A stretch of 40,685 nt of DNA from Kiritimatiellia bacterium (GCA_051892815.1 JBJFGP010000185.1:1-40685), one strand, 5' to 3'; positions 28,768 to 39,110 are shown, counted from the first letter of the stretch. Numbers and translations: made by a program. Notes: a model not told the origin generated them from the letters alone.

Positions 28768-28890
28768 TACCAACCACTATCCCCGAAAGGTTGCTACCCG
28801 CCCCCCGCGCAGATAGCAACCTCTTCCCTCAAATCCAACCTATCTCGCCCCCCAACTGGTTGCAACCAAGGTCGACGCGAGGTGGGCAGC
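28766..28890. repeat. 23-bp-period array (6 units)
   Basis: GATACCAACC 28766, GGTTGCTACC 28789, GATAGCAACC 28812, CCAACCTATC 28835, GGTTGCAACC 28858, GGTGGGCAGC 28881. Confidence 0.9.
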
Positions 28891-28896
28891 AAAGGG

Positions 28897-29892
28897 TCAA
28901 TCAATATAGGCTGGCGGCAATGCCGGAACGGACACCTCCAGAGCACCGTCCAACGCATCCGACGCCTCCGGCTCGGCAGGGATTTCGACAATCTCATCGT
29001 CAGCATCCGCCGCAGGAGCAACCTCTGGTGCCGGAAGCAATGCCCGCAGAAACAGCACTGCAAGGACCAAACCAACCAGCCCCGCGCCAACCTGCACCCC
29101 GCGCCACTGAATAGGAGACAAACGCCCCTTCAGGCTGCCGCCCCAGCCCCGCACACGCGCCAGCCCGATCGAGATAGCCTTGCCGCAACCGCCAAACACC
29201 GACAGGCTCCATTCCGACACCCGCGACCACACCGAACCACCACATTCACGCCCACCCGTCGGTTCCTTCGCGACACTCGGACGCTCCTCAAGCGGCGTAT
29301 ACGCCGAGAAAAGAGGTTTCGACTTGTCCCGCGTAAACAACTCAGACCGCGACAGCCCGCGCCGGGCAGGAATCGGAGGCGGCACATCGCGAGAAACCTC
29401 CGGAATCTCAGCGGCAACCGGTTGCTCGGACGGCAACGGTTCGGGCGGCAACTCGCCCCCCTTCAACTCCAAGACCTCCTCAGCGGCGACATCGGACGAA
29501 ACCGGCTCCTCGACCCTTTCCGATACTGCATCCGGCCCCGGAGCAACCACCTCAGGAGTCGGAGCCGCGGCAACCTCAGGAACCGTTTCAACCGGGCTCT
29601 TCTCCGGTTTCGGCGGCAACAATGGTTTCGACACACGCTTGGGAAGCGGCGTAATCGGCTTGCACCGAATCAGTTCCGCGTAATCCTTCAGCAAGGGCGC
29701 CGGATCCAACTCCAGCAACTCCGCGTAAAGGCGGATAAACCCCCGCCCGTAGATGGGAGCCGCAATCTTCCGAAAGTCCTCATTCTCCAGACTCTCGACA
29801 ATCCCCTCCGTCAAATTGATATTCGCCGCCACCTGGCTGGCTGTCATTCCACGGGCCAAACGGTTCTCGCGCAAAATCCGGCCTAAAGCCAT
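28897..29892 (-). CDS. RodZ-like HTH membrane protein
   Basis: LGRILRENRLARGMT...IYGRGFIRLYAELLELD; P/E-rich linker; one TM; downstream of ftsK. Confidence 0.8.
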   Translation of the reverse strand: MALGRILRENRLARGMTASQVAANINLTEGIVESLENEDFRKIAAPIYGRGFIRLYAELLELDPAPLLKDYAELIRCKPITPLPKRVSKPLLPPKPEKSPVETVPEVAAAPTPEVVAPGPDAVSERVEEPVSSDVAAEEVLELKGGELPPEPLPSEQPVAAEIPEVSRDVPPPIPARRGLSRSELFTRDKSKPLFSAYTPLEERPSVAKEPTGGRECGGSVWSRVSEWSLSVFGGCGKAISIGLARVRGWGGSLKGRLSPIQWRGVQVGAGLVGLVLAVLFLRALLPAPEVAPAADADDEIVEIPAEPEASDALDGALEVSVPALPPAYID

Positions 29893-29934
29893 CTCCTACC
29901 TCCTTGTTCGCGTACAGTCCAAACCAAAACAAAC

Positions 29935-32496
29935 CTAGTTCTCCGCCCCTTCCGAAGGTTCGGCAGCCTCCCCCTCCTGCTCAGCGGTCAGAGCCGATTC
30001 ATTGTCCGAATGCAACTCCAAATCAGTCACCCCAGAGGGCGCATAATTGTCAAGATCCACCAGAATGGTACGGGCAGCAGCACCGTTGGAGGGACCAACC
30101 ACCCCGTTCTCCTCCAACATATCCATCAGGTTCGCCGCTGTATTGTACCCAATCTTCAGATTGCGCTGAAGCGAAGAGGTCGATGCCCTCCTCGTCCGCC
30201 GCAAAACTTCAATCGCTTGGGCGTAAAGAGGGTTGTCCTCGGGGCCGGAGGTGGCCACCCCTTCGGGTGCGGGAATGGCACTTTCCGGTGATGTTTCTTC
30301 CCCGCCACCACCGAATTGTTCGAGTTCCTCGTTCGGGTCTGCTTCCTTGATGCTGGCCAGGCGCCTACGCAGGTCTTCGTCGAAACTAGTCGGACAATGT
30401 TCCTTGATGTAGGCTATCACCCGGGCCAATTCCTCGTCACGCATAAAGGCGGATTGTGCCCGCACAAGGTGGGAAACCTTGGGATTTTTGAAGAGCATAT
30501 CTCCGCGCCCGATGAGGGTTTCGGCGCCAAGGTCGTCGAGGATAATTCGGCTATCTGTGCCGGAAGAGACTTTAAGCGCGATGCGGCCGGCAATGTTGCC
30601 TTTGATCTGACCGGTTATCACGTCGGTGGAGGGGCGCTGGGTTGCAAGGATGAGGTGGATGCCTACGGCGCGGGACTTGGCGGTCAAACGAGCGATGCAG
30701 TTTTCCGCGTGTTTGGCGGTCTGCTTGTCGGCATTCATAATCTCGGCCACTTCGTCGACAACGACGACGATGTAGGGCATGGGTTTGGTGTCGCGCTCGG
30801 CCATCTCCTGGTCGAGGGGTAGGACGGTCTGGTGGCAGCGGTTGTATTCGACGATGCTTCTGCATCGGGCGTCTTCGAGGATGCGATATCGGCGTTCCAT
30901 CTCGACGACGGCCCATTGGAGTCCGAAGGCGACTTTGCGGATATCGGTGATGACGGGGACGAGCAGGTGGGGGAGGTTGTCGTAGGGGGCGAACTCGACT
31001 CGTTTGGGGTCAATCATGATGAACCGCACCTCTTCGGGGCGGCGGGACATGAGCAGGCCGACGATGATGGAGTTGACACAGACGCTCTTGCCGGAGCCTG
31101 TAGTACCGGCGACGAGGAGGTGCGGCATATCGGCCAAATCGGCGACGAGGTCTTTGCCTTCGGCGTCCTTGCCGATGGACATGGGGATGCGGAATTTACG
31201 GGTGGCCTCCTGCCAGGTTTTTCCTTCGAGGACTTCGCGCACGGTGACGGTTTTGGCGACTGCGTTGGGGATTTCGAGTCCTACAACTCCTTTGCCTGGG
31301 ATTGGCGCCTGAATGCGGAGGCTCTTGGCGGCGAGGCGCATCATCAGGTCTTTGGATTTGCCGCTGATGGCGTTGACGGGCACGCCGCGGTTAGGCAGGA
31401 GTTCGAACTGGGTGACCACGGGTCCGCTGACCACATTGGTGACCTGGACATCGATTTTGAATTCGGCGAGGCAGTCGACGACGGCGGTCTTGATGAGTTC
31501 GACATCTCCGGCTTCGGCCTGATCGGAGGAAGGCGGATCGAGCAGGTCGAGAGGTGGCAATGGATAGGGGGCATTGGTGGCAACCTCTTGTCCGGAAGGT
31601 TGGCAGGTCTGTGGGGCGGAGGTTGCCACCTCCGGCTCCTGGGGATTGGTATCAACCGGTTGCTGCTGCGCCTCGCGCTGACGGCGCAGGGCTTTGGCGG
31701 ACTCCTCCTGTTTGCGGCGCAAATTGGCCTCACGCTGCTTCTGGAGTTCTTTTGGGGAGAGCACAAGAGCAGAAGTCGCACGCTCGTCCGCCCGGGCCTG
31801 GCGAGCCTCCTCCTGCGCGGCGCGAATTCGCTCCAGCTGCTCGACGGAGGCTTCGCGCGGCAGGGACTCTTCGAGACGCTTCCGGCGGGATTCGCGGTAA
31901 GTCTCGAACCCGGCTCCGACTGCGCCCACGCCTCGGACAAACAGCGCCACCGCGGTGCGCACGCCAATCAGGAAGAGCACCAAGACCGCAAGCAGGATGA
32001 CAAGCAAAATCGCCGTTCCGACCGGACTGACGAGCCGTTCGAGCGCGCAGGTCACCAGCCAATACCCGACCGCCCCGCCGGCGTTGGGCAGAAGGTTGAG
32101 ATTCGCCAACAAGGGGCGAAACAGTTCAGACCGGAGTTGAATCAGCGAGGAAACCACAATCTGAATTCCCACCAGCAAAAGCATCCGCCTGCGCGCCGCC
32201 TGCGTCCGCCCGCAAGCCTGAAGAATCGAGTGCGCCAAGACCGACAGCGGCAGCAGCCAGTAGCCAATCCCCAGCAGGCTGTACCCGTAGAAAGTCAGCC
32301 ACGCCCCGACCAGCCCGATGGCATTGTGCGGCGGATTGTTCGCAGGCGAACACAGTTGGGGAATGTCCCGCCAATCGTATGTCAACACCGCCAGAATCGG
32401 GAAGACCATCAAGAGCGCGGCTATCCCTCCAGCCAGCCGCCGGAATGGCTGCTGCTCCGGAGAAACCTGCGACTTCTGCGACTCTCTACTGCTCAT
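29935..32496 (-). CDS. ftsK: DNA translocase FtsK
   Basis: N-terminal TMs, PHLLVAGTTGSGKS, IDPK, LATQRPS, gamma domain STSSLQRNLKIGYN. Confidence 0.97.
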   Translation of the reverse strand: MSSRESQKSQVSPEQQPFRRLAGGIAALLMVFPILAVLTYDWRDIPQLCSPANNPPHNAIGLVGAWLTFYGYSLLGIGYWLLPLSVLAHSILQACGRTQAARRRMLLLVGIQIVVSSLIQLRSELFRPLLANLNLLPNAGGAVGYWLVTCALERLVSPVGTAILLVILLAVLVLFLIGVRTAVALFVRGVGAVGAGFETYRESRRKRLEESLPREASVEQLERIRAAQEEARQARADERATSALVLSPKELQKQREANLRRKQEESAKALRRQREAQQQPVDTNPQEPEVATSAPQTCQPSGQEVATNAPYPLPPLDLLDPPSSDQAEAGDVELIKTAVVDCLAEFKIDVQVTNVVSGPVVTQFELLPNRGVPVNAISGKSKDLMMRLAAKSLRIQAPIPGKGVVGLEIPNAVAKTVTVREVLEGKTWQEATRKFRIPMSIGKDAEGKDLVADLADMPHLLVAGTTGSGKSVCVNSIIVGLLMSRRPEEVRFIMIDPKRVEFAPYDNLPHLLVPVITDIRKVAFGLQWAVVEMERRYRILEDARCRSIVEYNRCHQTVLPLDQEMAERDTKPMPYIVVVVDEVAEIMNADKQTAKHAENCIARLTAKSRAVGIHLILATQRPSTDVITGQIKGNIAGRIALKVSSGTDSRIILDDLGAETLIGRGDMLFKNPKVSHLVRAQSAFMRDEELARVIAYIKEHCPTSFDEDLRRRLASIKEADPNEELEQFGGGGEETSPESAIPAPEGVATSGPEDNPLYAQAIEVLRRTRRASTSSLQRNLKIGYNTAANLMDMLEENGVVGPSNGAAARTILVDLDNYAPSGVTDLELHSDNESALTAEQEGEAAEPSEGAEN
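31553..31653. repeat. 23-bp-period array inside the FtsK linker (5 units; one 22-bp step)
   Basis: GGTGGCAATG 31553, GGTGGCAACC 31576, GGTTGGCAGG 31598, GGTTGCCACC 31621, GATTGGTATC 31644. Confidence 0.8.
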
Positions 32497-33430
32497 GCGG
32501 AGCCTCCGGCGAAAGGACGATTTGCGAGGGGATGACTTCAGCCCGATCCAATTTCAGCTCGCCAGGCGTCCACACCCTGACCGAAGTGTTCGTCTGGTCC
32601 AGTTCCGCATAGACCGCAATCGCCTCGCTGCCCAGCCGCTCGATCACATCGCCCTGCCCCGTCAGACGCACCGTGACGAACGAAGGCGTCGCCACCAAAC
32701 GCGGACCGGAAGCCGGCTGGACTACACGGACGGGAATGTGTGAAACCTCACGGAAAATGTTCTCCGTAGAAATCGTCACCACCGCCGAAAGCGTCAACGG
32801 CTGAATCGATTGAACGGCGACATTCGGCGGAGCCAAGACCGTCACACGCGTCGAAAAACTCTGCGGCGCCCCCTCGATGTCAATCGCCGAAGTCTGCAGA
32901 CTCACACCCTCCCGCTCCAGCATCTGCAACGCCCGGCGAGAACCGCTTACTTGCACCTTGGACTCCGAAAGAGTCACCGTCGCCAACCCCTTCAACGGCT
33001 TCCCGACCAGCGGTGGAAGGCTAACCGGAATCGCCATCGTGCTGCTGCGATCCAGCCGCACCTGCACCTTGTCCGGCTTGATGGAGACCACCTGAACCCC
33101 TCGCGGACAACGGATGTTCCAGCGGCGAATGGGGCACGACACCAACCCGTCCTCCTCGCTCGACATCGGAGAAATCTGAAGCAATGCCTCGACCTCCCGG
33201 CGGTCTAGGCCGCGAATGTCCACATCGGAACCTCGGAAGGTCACTTGAACGGTCGACGGCTCCACCGACTCGACCGCGATGCGCTCACCGCCTACCGCAC
33301 GCACCGGAACCGTCAGCGTCACCGGTTCGGAGATGAGCCCGCGCAACATGAAAAAACTGCCATAGGCTATCGCAAAAGCCAAAAGCTTCTGCGGCCACTT
33401 GCGCGTCAAGACTGAAAGACGGAGTTTCAC
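32486..33430 (-). CDS. cdaR: CdaR/YbbR-domain protein
   Basis: N-terminal TM after WPQKLLA, three YbbR-like repeats (P..VxVxxxG); GTGA overlap with cdaA. Confidence 0.8.
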   Translation of the reverse strand: MKLRLSVLTRKWPQKLLAFAIAYGSFFMLRGLISEPVTLTVPVRAVGGERIAVESVEPSTVQVTFRGSDVDIRGLDRREVEALLQISPMSSEEDGLVSCPIRRWNIRCPRGVQVVSIKPDKVQVRLDRSSTMAIPVSLPPLVGKPLKGLATVTLSESKVQVSGSRRALQMLEREGVSLQTSAIDIEGAPQSFSTRVTVLAPPNVAVQSIQPLTLSAVVTISTENIFREVSHIPVRVVQPASGPRLVATPSFVTVRLTGQGDVIERLGSEAIAVYAELDQTNTSVRVWTPGELKLDRAEVIPSQIVLSPEAPHEQ

Positions 33431-34266
33431 GAAGACCTGGAAAAGATGAGCTTGAGCCACTGGCGGAAGGTCGGTCGCCCATGCACGCCCAAAACAATGG
33501 AAAACGTCAAATCCCGCTTCTCCCGGGGGATGAAGACCGCCTTGAGATAACGCAACAGCGCCGCCTCCCCGATATTCCGCCGGAACGCCGTATCGTGGGC
33601 AATGGAAATCGCTCCAGTCTCCTCCGAGACAATCAGCACCAGAGCGTCCGTCTCGTTGGCCAACCCAATGGCTGCCTGATGCCGCGTCCCCAAATGGCGG
33701 GCAACCTTGTCCGGAAGCGTCGCCAGCGGAAACATCACATGGGCAGACAGAATCCGGTTGTTCCGGATGATAACCCCGCCATCGTGCAACGGCGAAGGAG
33801 GCGTGAAAATCGTAGAGAGAAGTTCCGCCGAAACAGGCGCGTCGACACGGATTCCCTTGTCGGCATAATGCTGCAGATTGTCCTGACGTTCAATGGCAAT
33901 CAGCGCGCCGCGCCGCAGCGTCGACATCTGCCCGAGAGCCAACGCAATCGTCTCCTCCGAACGCTCCCCCTGCCTGCCCGGATGCTCACCAGCGGCGAAG
34001 GAGGCAAGACGCATCAGCATCCGCCGAATCTCCGGCTGAAAGACAATCAGCAAGGCCACCCCCGAGGAGACCGATAGCGCGCGGAGCATATAATTGATGA
34101 CATCCCAGCCCAGCCAACTGGAGAGATACATCGCCCAAACAGTCAGAAATGCCAAGCCGACAACGACTCCCGCCGCGCGCGTCATGCGAACCAGGCGAAT
34201 AAGCTGATAGGCCAGCACGGTCAACAGCAGAATCTGCGCAATGTCGGACAGGTTGGTGGGGAACAT
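33427..34266 (-). CDS. cdaA: diadenylate cyclase (CdaA/DacA)
   Basis: 3 TMs, IVFQPEIRR, GALIAIER, PLHDGG, LGTRHQAA, VSEETG. Confidence 0.9.
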   Translation of the reverse strand: MFPTNLSDIAQILLLTVLAYQLIRLVRMTRAAGVVVGLAFLTVWAMYLSSWLGWDVINYMLRALSVSSGVALLIVFQPEIRRMLMRLASFAAGEHPGRQGERSEETIALALGQMSTLRRGALIAIERQDNLQHYADKGIRVDAPVSAELLSTIFTPPSPLHDGGVIIRNNRILSAHVMFPLATLPDKVARHLGTRHQAAIGLANETDALVLIVSEETGAISIAHDTAFRRNIGEAALLRYLKAVFIPREKRDLTFSIVLGVHGRPTFRQWLKLIFSRSS

Positions 34267-34270
34267 GATG

Positions 34271-35047
34271 CTACAATTCCGCCAAAGCGCGACGGGTCAA
34301 GGGAACATTGTGGACGCGGACGATGCGGGCCCCTTTTCGGACGCATTGTTGCGCCAGCCGGGCGCTCGTCTCGTCCGAGCCGCCGGTCATCCGCTTGCGG
34401 GAAAGTCCGACAAGAACAGGGGCAAGAGCGACAAGGCTCCCCAGGCGGCTAATGATTCGCATCGACTGCTCGGTGGTCTTGGCAAAGCCGAAGCCTGGAT
34501 CAAGAATGATGCGCTCGGACGGGTAGCCGCGGGTCAAAAGATTGTCCCGATCGGCTTTGAGCGCGGCACAAACATCCTCCACGACATCTCCATATTCGGT
34601 CATGCCGTCCATACTTTTTGGGGTTCCGCGGCTGTGCATGAGTATCACAGGCGCCCGGGTGCGCAACACCAGCGGAAGCATCTTGGAATCATAGTGAAGG
34701 GCTGTCACATCATTGACGACATCCGCCCCGGCATCGAGGGCAGCCTCGGCAACGGCCGCATGGCGGGTATCGATGGATATGGGCAGGTCAGTCTGCTCCC
34801 GCAAGGCGCGGATATAGGGGACTGTGCGTCGGATTTCTTCGTCTGCCTGAACCTCTTCCGCGCCTGGGCGGGTGGATTCGCCACCGACATCAAGCAGGTC
34901 GGCTCCATCGCGAATCATTTGAAGGGCATCTTCAATGGTGGCCTCGTGCCCCTTATTGGAAAAGGAGTCCGGCGTGCGGTTGAGGATGCCCATAATCAAG
35001 GGCTTCCCAGGCGTGTGGAGTCGGGTAATGAAGGCGTCGATACTCAT
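34271..35047 (-). CDS. folP: dihydropteroate synthase
   Basis: MGILNRTPDSFS, DVGGESTRPG, DPGFGF, GLSRK, VRVH. Confidence 0.95.
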   Translation of the reverse strand: MSIDAFITRLHTPGKPLIMGILNRTPDSFSNKGHEATIEDALQMIRDGADLLDVGGESTRPGAEEVQADEEIRRTVPYIRALREQTDLPISIDTRHAAVAEAALDAGADVVNDVTALHYDSKMLPLVLRTRAPVILMHSRGTPKSMDGMTEYGDVVEDVCAALKADRDNLLTRGYPSERIILDPGFGFAKTTEQSMRIISRLGSLVALAPVLVGLSRKRMTGGSDETSARLAQQCVRKGARIVRVHNVPLTRRALAEL

Positions 35048-37032
35048 ACTTCTTCGGAGGGCGACTCTGCCTGGCGTTCCTTCTCGGTCCGGATATGCCC
35101 GAGCTTGACAAGGTCTTCAACCGCGCGTCCGTCGAGCGTCTCTTGGCGGAGGAGTTCCTCGACCAGGCGTTCAAGCGTTTCTCGGTTCGCGTTGATAAGG
35201 GTTGTAGCCCGGTCGAAAGCCTCCTTGAGCAGGCGGTCGATCTCCTCGTCAATGAGTCTGGAGGTGGCTTCGCTGTGTTCGTTGCTGCGCTGGACTTCTC
35301 TACCGAGGAAGAGGAGTTCCTGGTTGTCGCCGTAGGAGCGGAAGCCGATGCGGTCGCTCATGCCGTAGGTGCAGACCATACGCTGGGCTATGCGGGTGGC
35401 CATCTGGATATCGGCGGCGGCACCGGTGGAGATATCGTTGGTGTAAAGGTGTTCGGCGATGCGGCCGGCGGTCAGGACAACGAGGTTGTCGAGGAATTCG
35501 GCGCGAGTCCGGTTGAGCACATCACGCTCGGGAAGGCTCATCGTCGCGCCCAAGGCCTGGCCTCTGGGGATGATTGTGACCTTGTGGACGGGGTCGGTAT
35601 GTTCGCAGAGGACTTGGGCCAAGGCGTGGCCGGATTCGTGCCAAGCGGTGATGCGGCGGTCGCGGTCTTCCATAGCCCTTGAACGGCGTTCGCGGCCCCA
35701 GAGGACTTTATCGCGCGCCTCTTCGAGGTCGGAATGAAGGATGGCGTTGTGGGAGCCTCTGGCGGCGATGAGGGCGGCTTCGTTGAGGAGGTTGGCCAAG
35801 TCGGCTCCGGAGAAGCCCGGGGTACCTCTGGCGATGCGGGTCAGGTCTGCGCTCTTGGCGAGTTTGACCTTTCGGGCGTGGAGTTTGAGTATTTCGAGAC
35901 GGCCGTCGATGGTGGGCAAGTCGATGACGATTTGCCTGTCGAATCGGCCGGGGCGGGTCAGGGCCGGATCAAGGACATCGGCGCGGTTGGTGGCGGCCAT
36001 AACGATGACGCCGCTGTCTGAGGAAAAGCCGTCCATTTCGACGAGCATGGCGTTGAGGGTCTGCTCGCGTTCGTCGTGACCTCCGCCGATGCCGGTAAAG
36101 CGGCTGCGGCCGATGGCGTCTATTTCGTCGATGAAGATGATGCAGGGGGCATTCTTGCGGGCCTGCTCGAACATGTCGCGCACTCGGGTGGCGCCGATGC
36201 CGACGAACATTTCGATGAAGTCGGAGCCGCTGATGCTGAAGAAGGGGACTCCGGCTTCGCCTGCGATGGCCTTGGCCAGCAGGGTTTTACCGGTTCCGGG
36301 CGGCCCCATCAGCAGGACGCCTTTGGGGATACGCGCGCCGAGGGTTTTGAACTTGTCCGGGGTCTTGAGGAAGGCGACCATTTCGGCGACTTCTTCCTTG
36401 GCCTCCTTGATTCCGGCGACATCTTTGAAGGTGATGCGGCGCTTGTCGGGCGTCAAGGTCTTGGCCCTGGATTTGCCGAATGCGAGGGCACTGGCCTGGG
36501 AGTTGCGAATCATCCGGAAGATGAAGAGCAGGCCGATGAACATCAGGCCGCCGAGGATTAGATTGGGCAGCAGCGTCTTCATCAAATCGTTCTGGTACTC
36601 AATCGTGAGCGCGACGCCGTGCTGAGAGAGTTTGTTCTCCAATTCGGCCGAGGGAATGACATTGACTCGGTAGGCGGTCTGGGAATTTCCGGGGAGCGGA
36701 CCGGTCAGATAGGAGACCGTGGAATCCTCGCGCACGAGGGTCGTCTTCTGGATCTCTCCTTTATCGACAGACGCCCAGAAGGTCTTCTGGTCCCACTCCT
36801 TGAGGTTGGCACCCGAGACAGGATTCTTGACTGTCGAGAGCATCAGCAGCGCCAGCAGCCCAACCCCCAGCCAGGCTACGAGATTCTTGCGGCGGTTGGC
36901 TTCTTCAGGGGCGCCCCCCGGCAGAGGGCGGCGCGGTGGATTCTTGGGGGGCGAGGGCGGCGCGGAACGGCGTTTGGGCGCGCCGGAACCGTCCTTGCGG
37001 GAATTGCGGGGCTGGGAAGCAGGTTGATTCAT
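35044..37032 (-). CDS. ftsH: ATP-dependent zinc metalloprotease FtsH
   Basis: [27 protein letters not shown]; start set at ATG 37032 because the ORF-track ATG lies upstream of the -10 box. Confidence 0.97.
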   Translation of the reverse strand: MNQPASQPRNSRKDGSGAPKRRSAPPSPPKNPPRRPLPGGAPEEANRRKNLVAWLGVGLLALLMLSTVKNPVSGANLKEWDQKTFWASVDKGEIQKTTLVREDSTVSYLTGPLPGNSQTAYRVNVIPSAELENKLSQHGVALTIEYQNDLMKTLLPNLILGGLMFIGLLFIFRMIRNSQASALAFGKSRAKTLTPDKRRITFKDVAGIKEAKEEVAEMVAFLKTPDKFKTLGARIPKGVLLMGPPGTGKTLLAKAIAGEAGVPFFSISGSDFIEMFVGIGATRVRDMFEQARKNAPCIIFIDEIDAIGRSRFTGIGGGHDEREQTLNAMLVEMDGFSSDSGVIVMAATNRADVLDPALTRPGRFDRQIVIDLPTIDGRLEILKLHARKVKLAKSADLTRIARGTPGFSGADLANLLNEAALIAARGSHNAILHSDLEEARDKVLWGRERRSRAMEDRDRRITAWHESGHALAQVLCEHTDPVHKVTIIPRGQALGATMSLPERDVLNRTRAEFLDNLVVLTAGRIAEHLYTNDISTGAAADIQMATRIAQRMVCTYGMSDRIGFRSYGDNQELLFLGREVQRSNEHSEATSRLIDEEIDRLLKEAFDRATTLINANRETLERLVEELLRQETLDGRAVEDLVKLGHIRTEKERQAESPSEEV

Positions 37033-37061
37033 GCACAATCCATTCGTGGCGATGTCTCCCC

Positions 37062-37090
37062 AGTATACCATACTTCAAGCCGCCATTCAA
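37062..37090 (-). promoter_or_regulatory. sigma70 promoter of ftsH operon
   Basis: TTGAAT-17bp-TATACT with extended TGn. Confidence 0.75.
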
Positions 37091-37139
37091 ACTTTAACCG
37101 CCAATTCCTTTCACCTTATATGAGGGTGCGGCCCCCAAT

Positions 37140-37226
37140 GGCGGATAGGCACCTTTCCCTCCCCAAGATAGCCACCTCCTGACGCCACAGGTGCCAACCA
37201 GCGCCCCCAAAAGGTGCCTATCCGCC
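37140..37226. repeat. 23-bp-period array (4 units) bounded by a perfect 17-bp inverted repeat
   Basis: GATAGGCACC 37144, GATAGCCACC 37167, GGTGCCAACC 37190, GGTGCCTATC 37213; GGCGGATAGGCACCTTT 37140-37156 / AAAGGTGCCTATCCGCC 37210-37226. Confidence 0.9.
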
Positions 37227-37254
37227 GCCCGCGCCGGTGTCCGACCGCTTCTGC

Positions 37255-37283
37255 TTGCAAAGGCAGCGGAATTTTGCTATCAT
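37255..37283 (+). promoter_or_regulatory. sigma70 promoter of NifU-like/GGGtGRT operon
   Basis: TTGCAA-17bp-TATCAT with extended TGn. Confidence 0.65.
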
Positions 37284-37322
37284 CAGCCCCATTCAATTTC
37301 AAATCCCGCAAGGAGAAGCCCC

Positions 37323-38036
37323 ATGAGTTGTCCTTACGCCTGTTCGCACGAAGTCGAACAAATGTGCCAAGTCACAAAAGGCGCCGTCCACGATCCCGCC
37401 CCCATTCCCGAAGAGGGCAAGTGGGTCAAGGCCAAAGAAATCAAGGATATTTCCGGTCTGACGCACGGCATCGGCTGGTGCGCCCCCCAGCAGGGCGCCT
37501 GCAAACTGACGCTCAATGTCAAGAACGGCGTCATTGAAGAGGCCCTCGTCGAGACCATCGGCTGCTCCGGCATGACCCACTCCGCCGCCATGGCCGCCGA
37601 AGTCCTCTCCGGCAAGACCATCCTCGAGGCGCTCAACACCGACCTCGTCTGCGACGCCATCAACACCGCCATGCGCGAACTCTTTCTCCAAATCGTCTAC
37701 GGACGCACCCAGAGCGCCTTCTCCGAAAACGGTCTCCCCATCGGCGCAGGCCTCGAAGACCTCGGTAAAGGACTCCGCTCCCAGGTCGGCACCATGTACA
37801 GCACCCGCGTCAAAGGCGTCCGCTACCTCGAAATGGCCGAAGGCTACGTCAAACGCATAGCCCTCGACAAGAACAATGAGGTCATCGGCTACGAATTCAT
37901 CCACATGGGCAAGTTCCTCGAAGCCGTCAAAAAAGGCCTCGACGCTAACGAAGCCCTCAAGAAATTCACCGGCACCTACGGCCGCTTCACCGCTGAAAAC
38001 GGCGCCGTCAAGTTCATCGACCCCCGCCAGGAATAG
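37323..38036 (+). CDS. NifU/IscU-like Fe-S scaffold-fold protein (partner of GGGtGRT protein)
   Basis: GWCAPQQGACKL, ETIGCSGMTHS, DLVCDAIN. Confidence 0.88.
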   Translation: MSCPYACSHEVEQMCQVTKGAVHDPAPIPEEGKWVKAKEIKDISGLTHGIGWCAPQQGACKLTLNVKNGVIEEALVETIGCSGMTHSAAMAAEVLSGKTILEALNTDLVCDAINTAMRELFLQIVYGRTQSAFSENGLPIGAGLEDLGKGLRSQVGTMYSTRVKGVRYLEMAEGYVKRIALDKNNEVIGYEFIHMGKFLEAVKKGLDANEALKKFTGTYGRFTAENGAVKFIDPRQE

Positions 38037-38050
38037 AGAGGAACACCACC

Positions 38051-39052
38051 ATGGCACTGTTTGAAAGCTACGAACGCCGCATCGACAAAATCAACGCCGC
38101 CCTCCAGACCAACGGCATCGCCTCCATCGAAGAAGCCAAGCAGATCTGCGACAGCATCGGCGTAGACCCCTACACCATCTGCAAAGGCATCCAGCCCATC
38201 TGCTTCGAAAACGCCGCTTGGGCCTACGTCGTCGGTGCCGCCATTGCCATCAAAAAGGGCTGCACCACCGCAGCGGAAATCGCCGAAGCTATCGGCATCG
38301 GCCTCCAGGCCTTCTGCATCCCCGGCTCCGTCGCTGAAGACCGCAAGGTCGGACTCGGGCACGGCAACCTCGCCGGCATGCTCCTGAGAGACGAGACCAA
38401 ATGTTTCTGCTTCCTCGCCGGGCACGAATCCTTCGCCGCCGCCGAAGGCGCCATTGGAATCGCAACCAAGGCAAACAAAGTCCGCAAGGTTCCCCTGCAA
38501 GTCATCCTCAACGGCTTGGGCAAAGACGCCGCCTACATTATCAGCCGCATCAACGGCTTCACCGCGGTCGAGACCAAGTTCGACTACTTCACCGGAAAGC
38601 TCGAGATTGTCAAGCAGACCAAGTTCTCGGAGGGTCCCCGCGCTGCCGTCCGCTGCTACGGTGCCGACGATGTCCGTGAAGGCGTCGCTATCATGTGGCA
38701 CGAGAATGTCGATGTCTCCATCACTGGCAACTCGACCAACCCCACTCGCTTCCAGCACCCGGTCGCCGGCACTTACAAGAAGGAGTGCTACGAAAAGGGC
38801 AAGAAGTACTTCTCCGTTGCCTCCGGCGGCGGTACTGGGCGCACACTTCACCCCGATAACATGGCTGCCGGCCCTGCCTCTTACGGTATGACCGACACGA
38901 TGGGTCGGATGCATTCCGATGCCCAGTTCGCGGGGTCGAGTTCGGTTCCGGCGCATGTTGAAATGATGGGCTTTCTCGGCATGGGCAACAATCCGATGGT
39001 CGGTGCGACCGTCGCGGTTGCGGTTGAAGTCGCCGAGAAGTTGAAGAAGTAG
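38051..39052 (+). CDS. GGGtGRT family protein
   Basis: MALFESYERRI start, SGGGTGRTLHPDN signature. Confidence 0.95.
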   Translation: MALFESYERRIDKINAALQTNGIASIEEAKQICDSIGVDPYTICKGIQPICFENAAWAYVVGAAIAIKKGCTTAAEIAEAIGIGLQAFCIPGSVAEDRKVGLGHGNLAGMLLRDETKCFCFLAGHESFAAAEGAIGIATKANKVRKVPLQVILNGLGKDAAYIISRINGFTAVETKFDYFTGKLEIVKQTKFSEGPRAAVRCYGADDVREGVAIMWHENVDVSITGNSTNPTRFQHPVAGTYKKECYEKGKKYFSVASGGGTGRTLHPDNMAAGPASYGMTDTMGRMHSDAQFAGSSSVPAHVEMMGFLGMGNNPMVGATVAVAVEVAEKLKK

Positions 39053-39071
39053 CATTCTTCGCACCTTGAAG

Positions 39072-39110
39072 GAGGCGGCTGGGGCGATTGGCGCCACAGC
39101 CGCCTCTTTT
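39072..39110 (+). terminator. intrinsic terminator
   Basis: GAGGCGGCTG...CAGCCGCCTC-TTTT. Confidence 0.75.
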
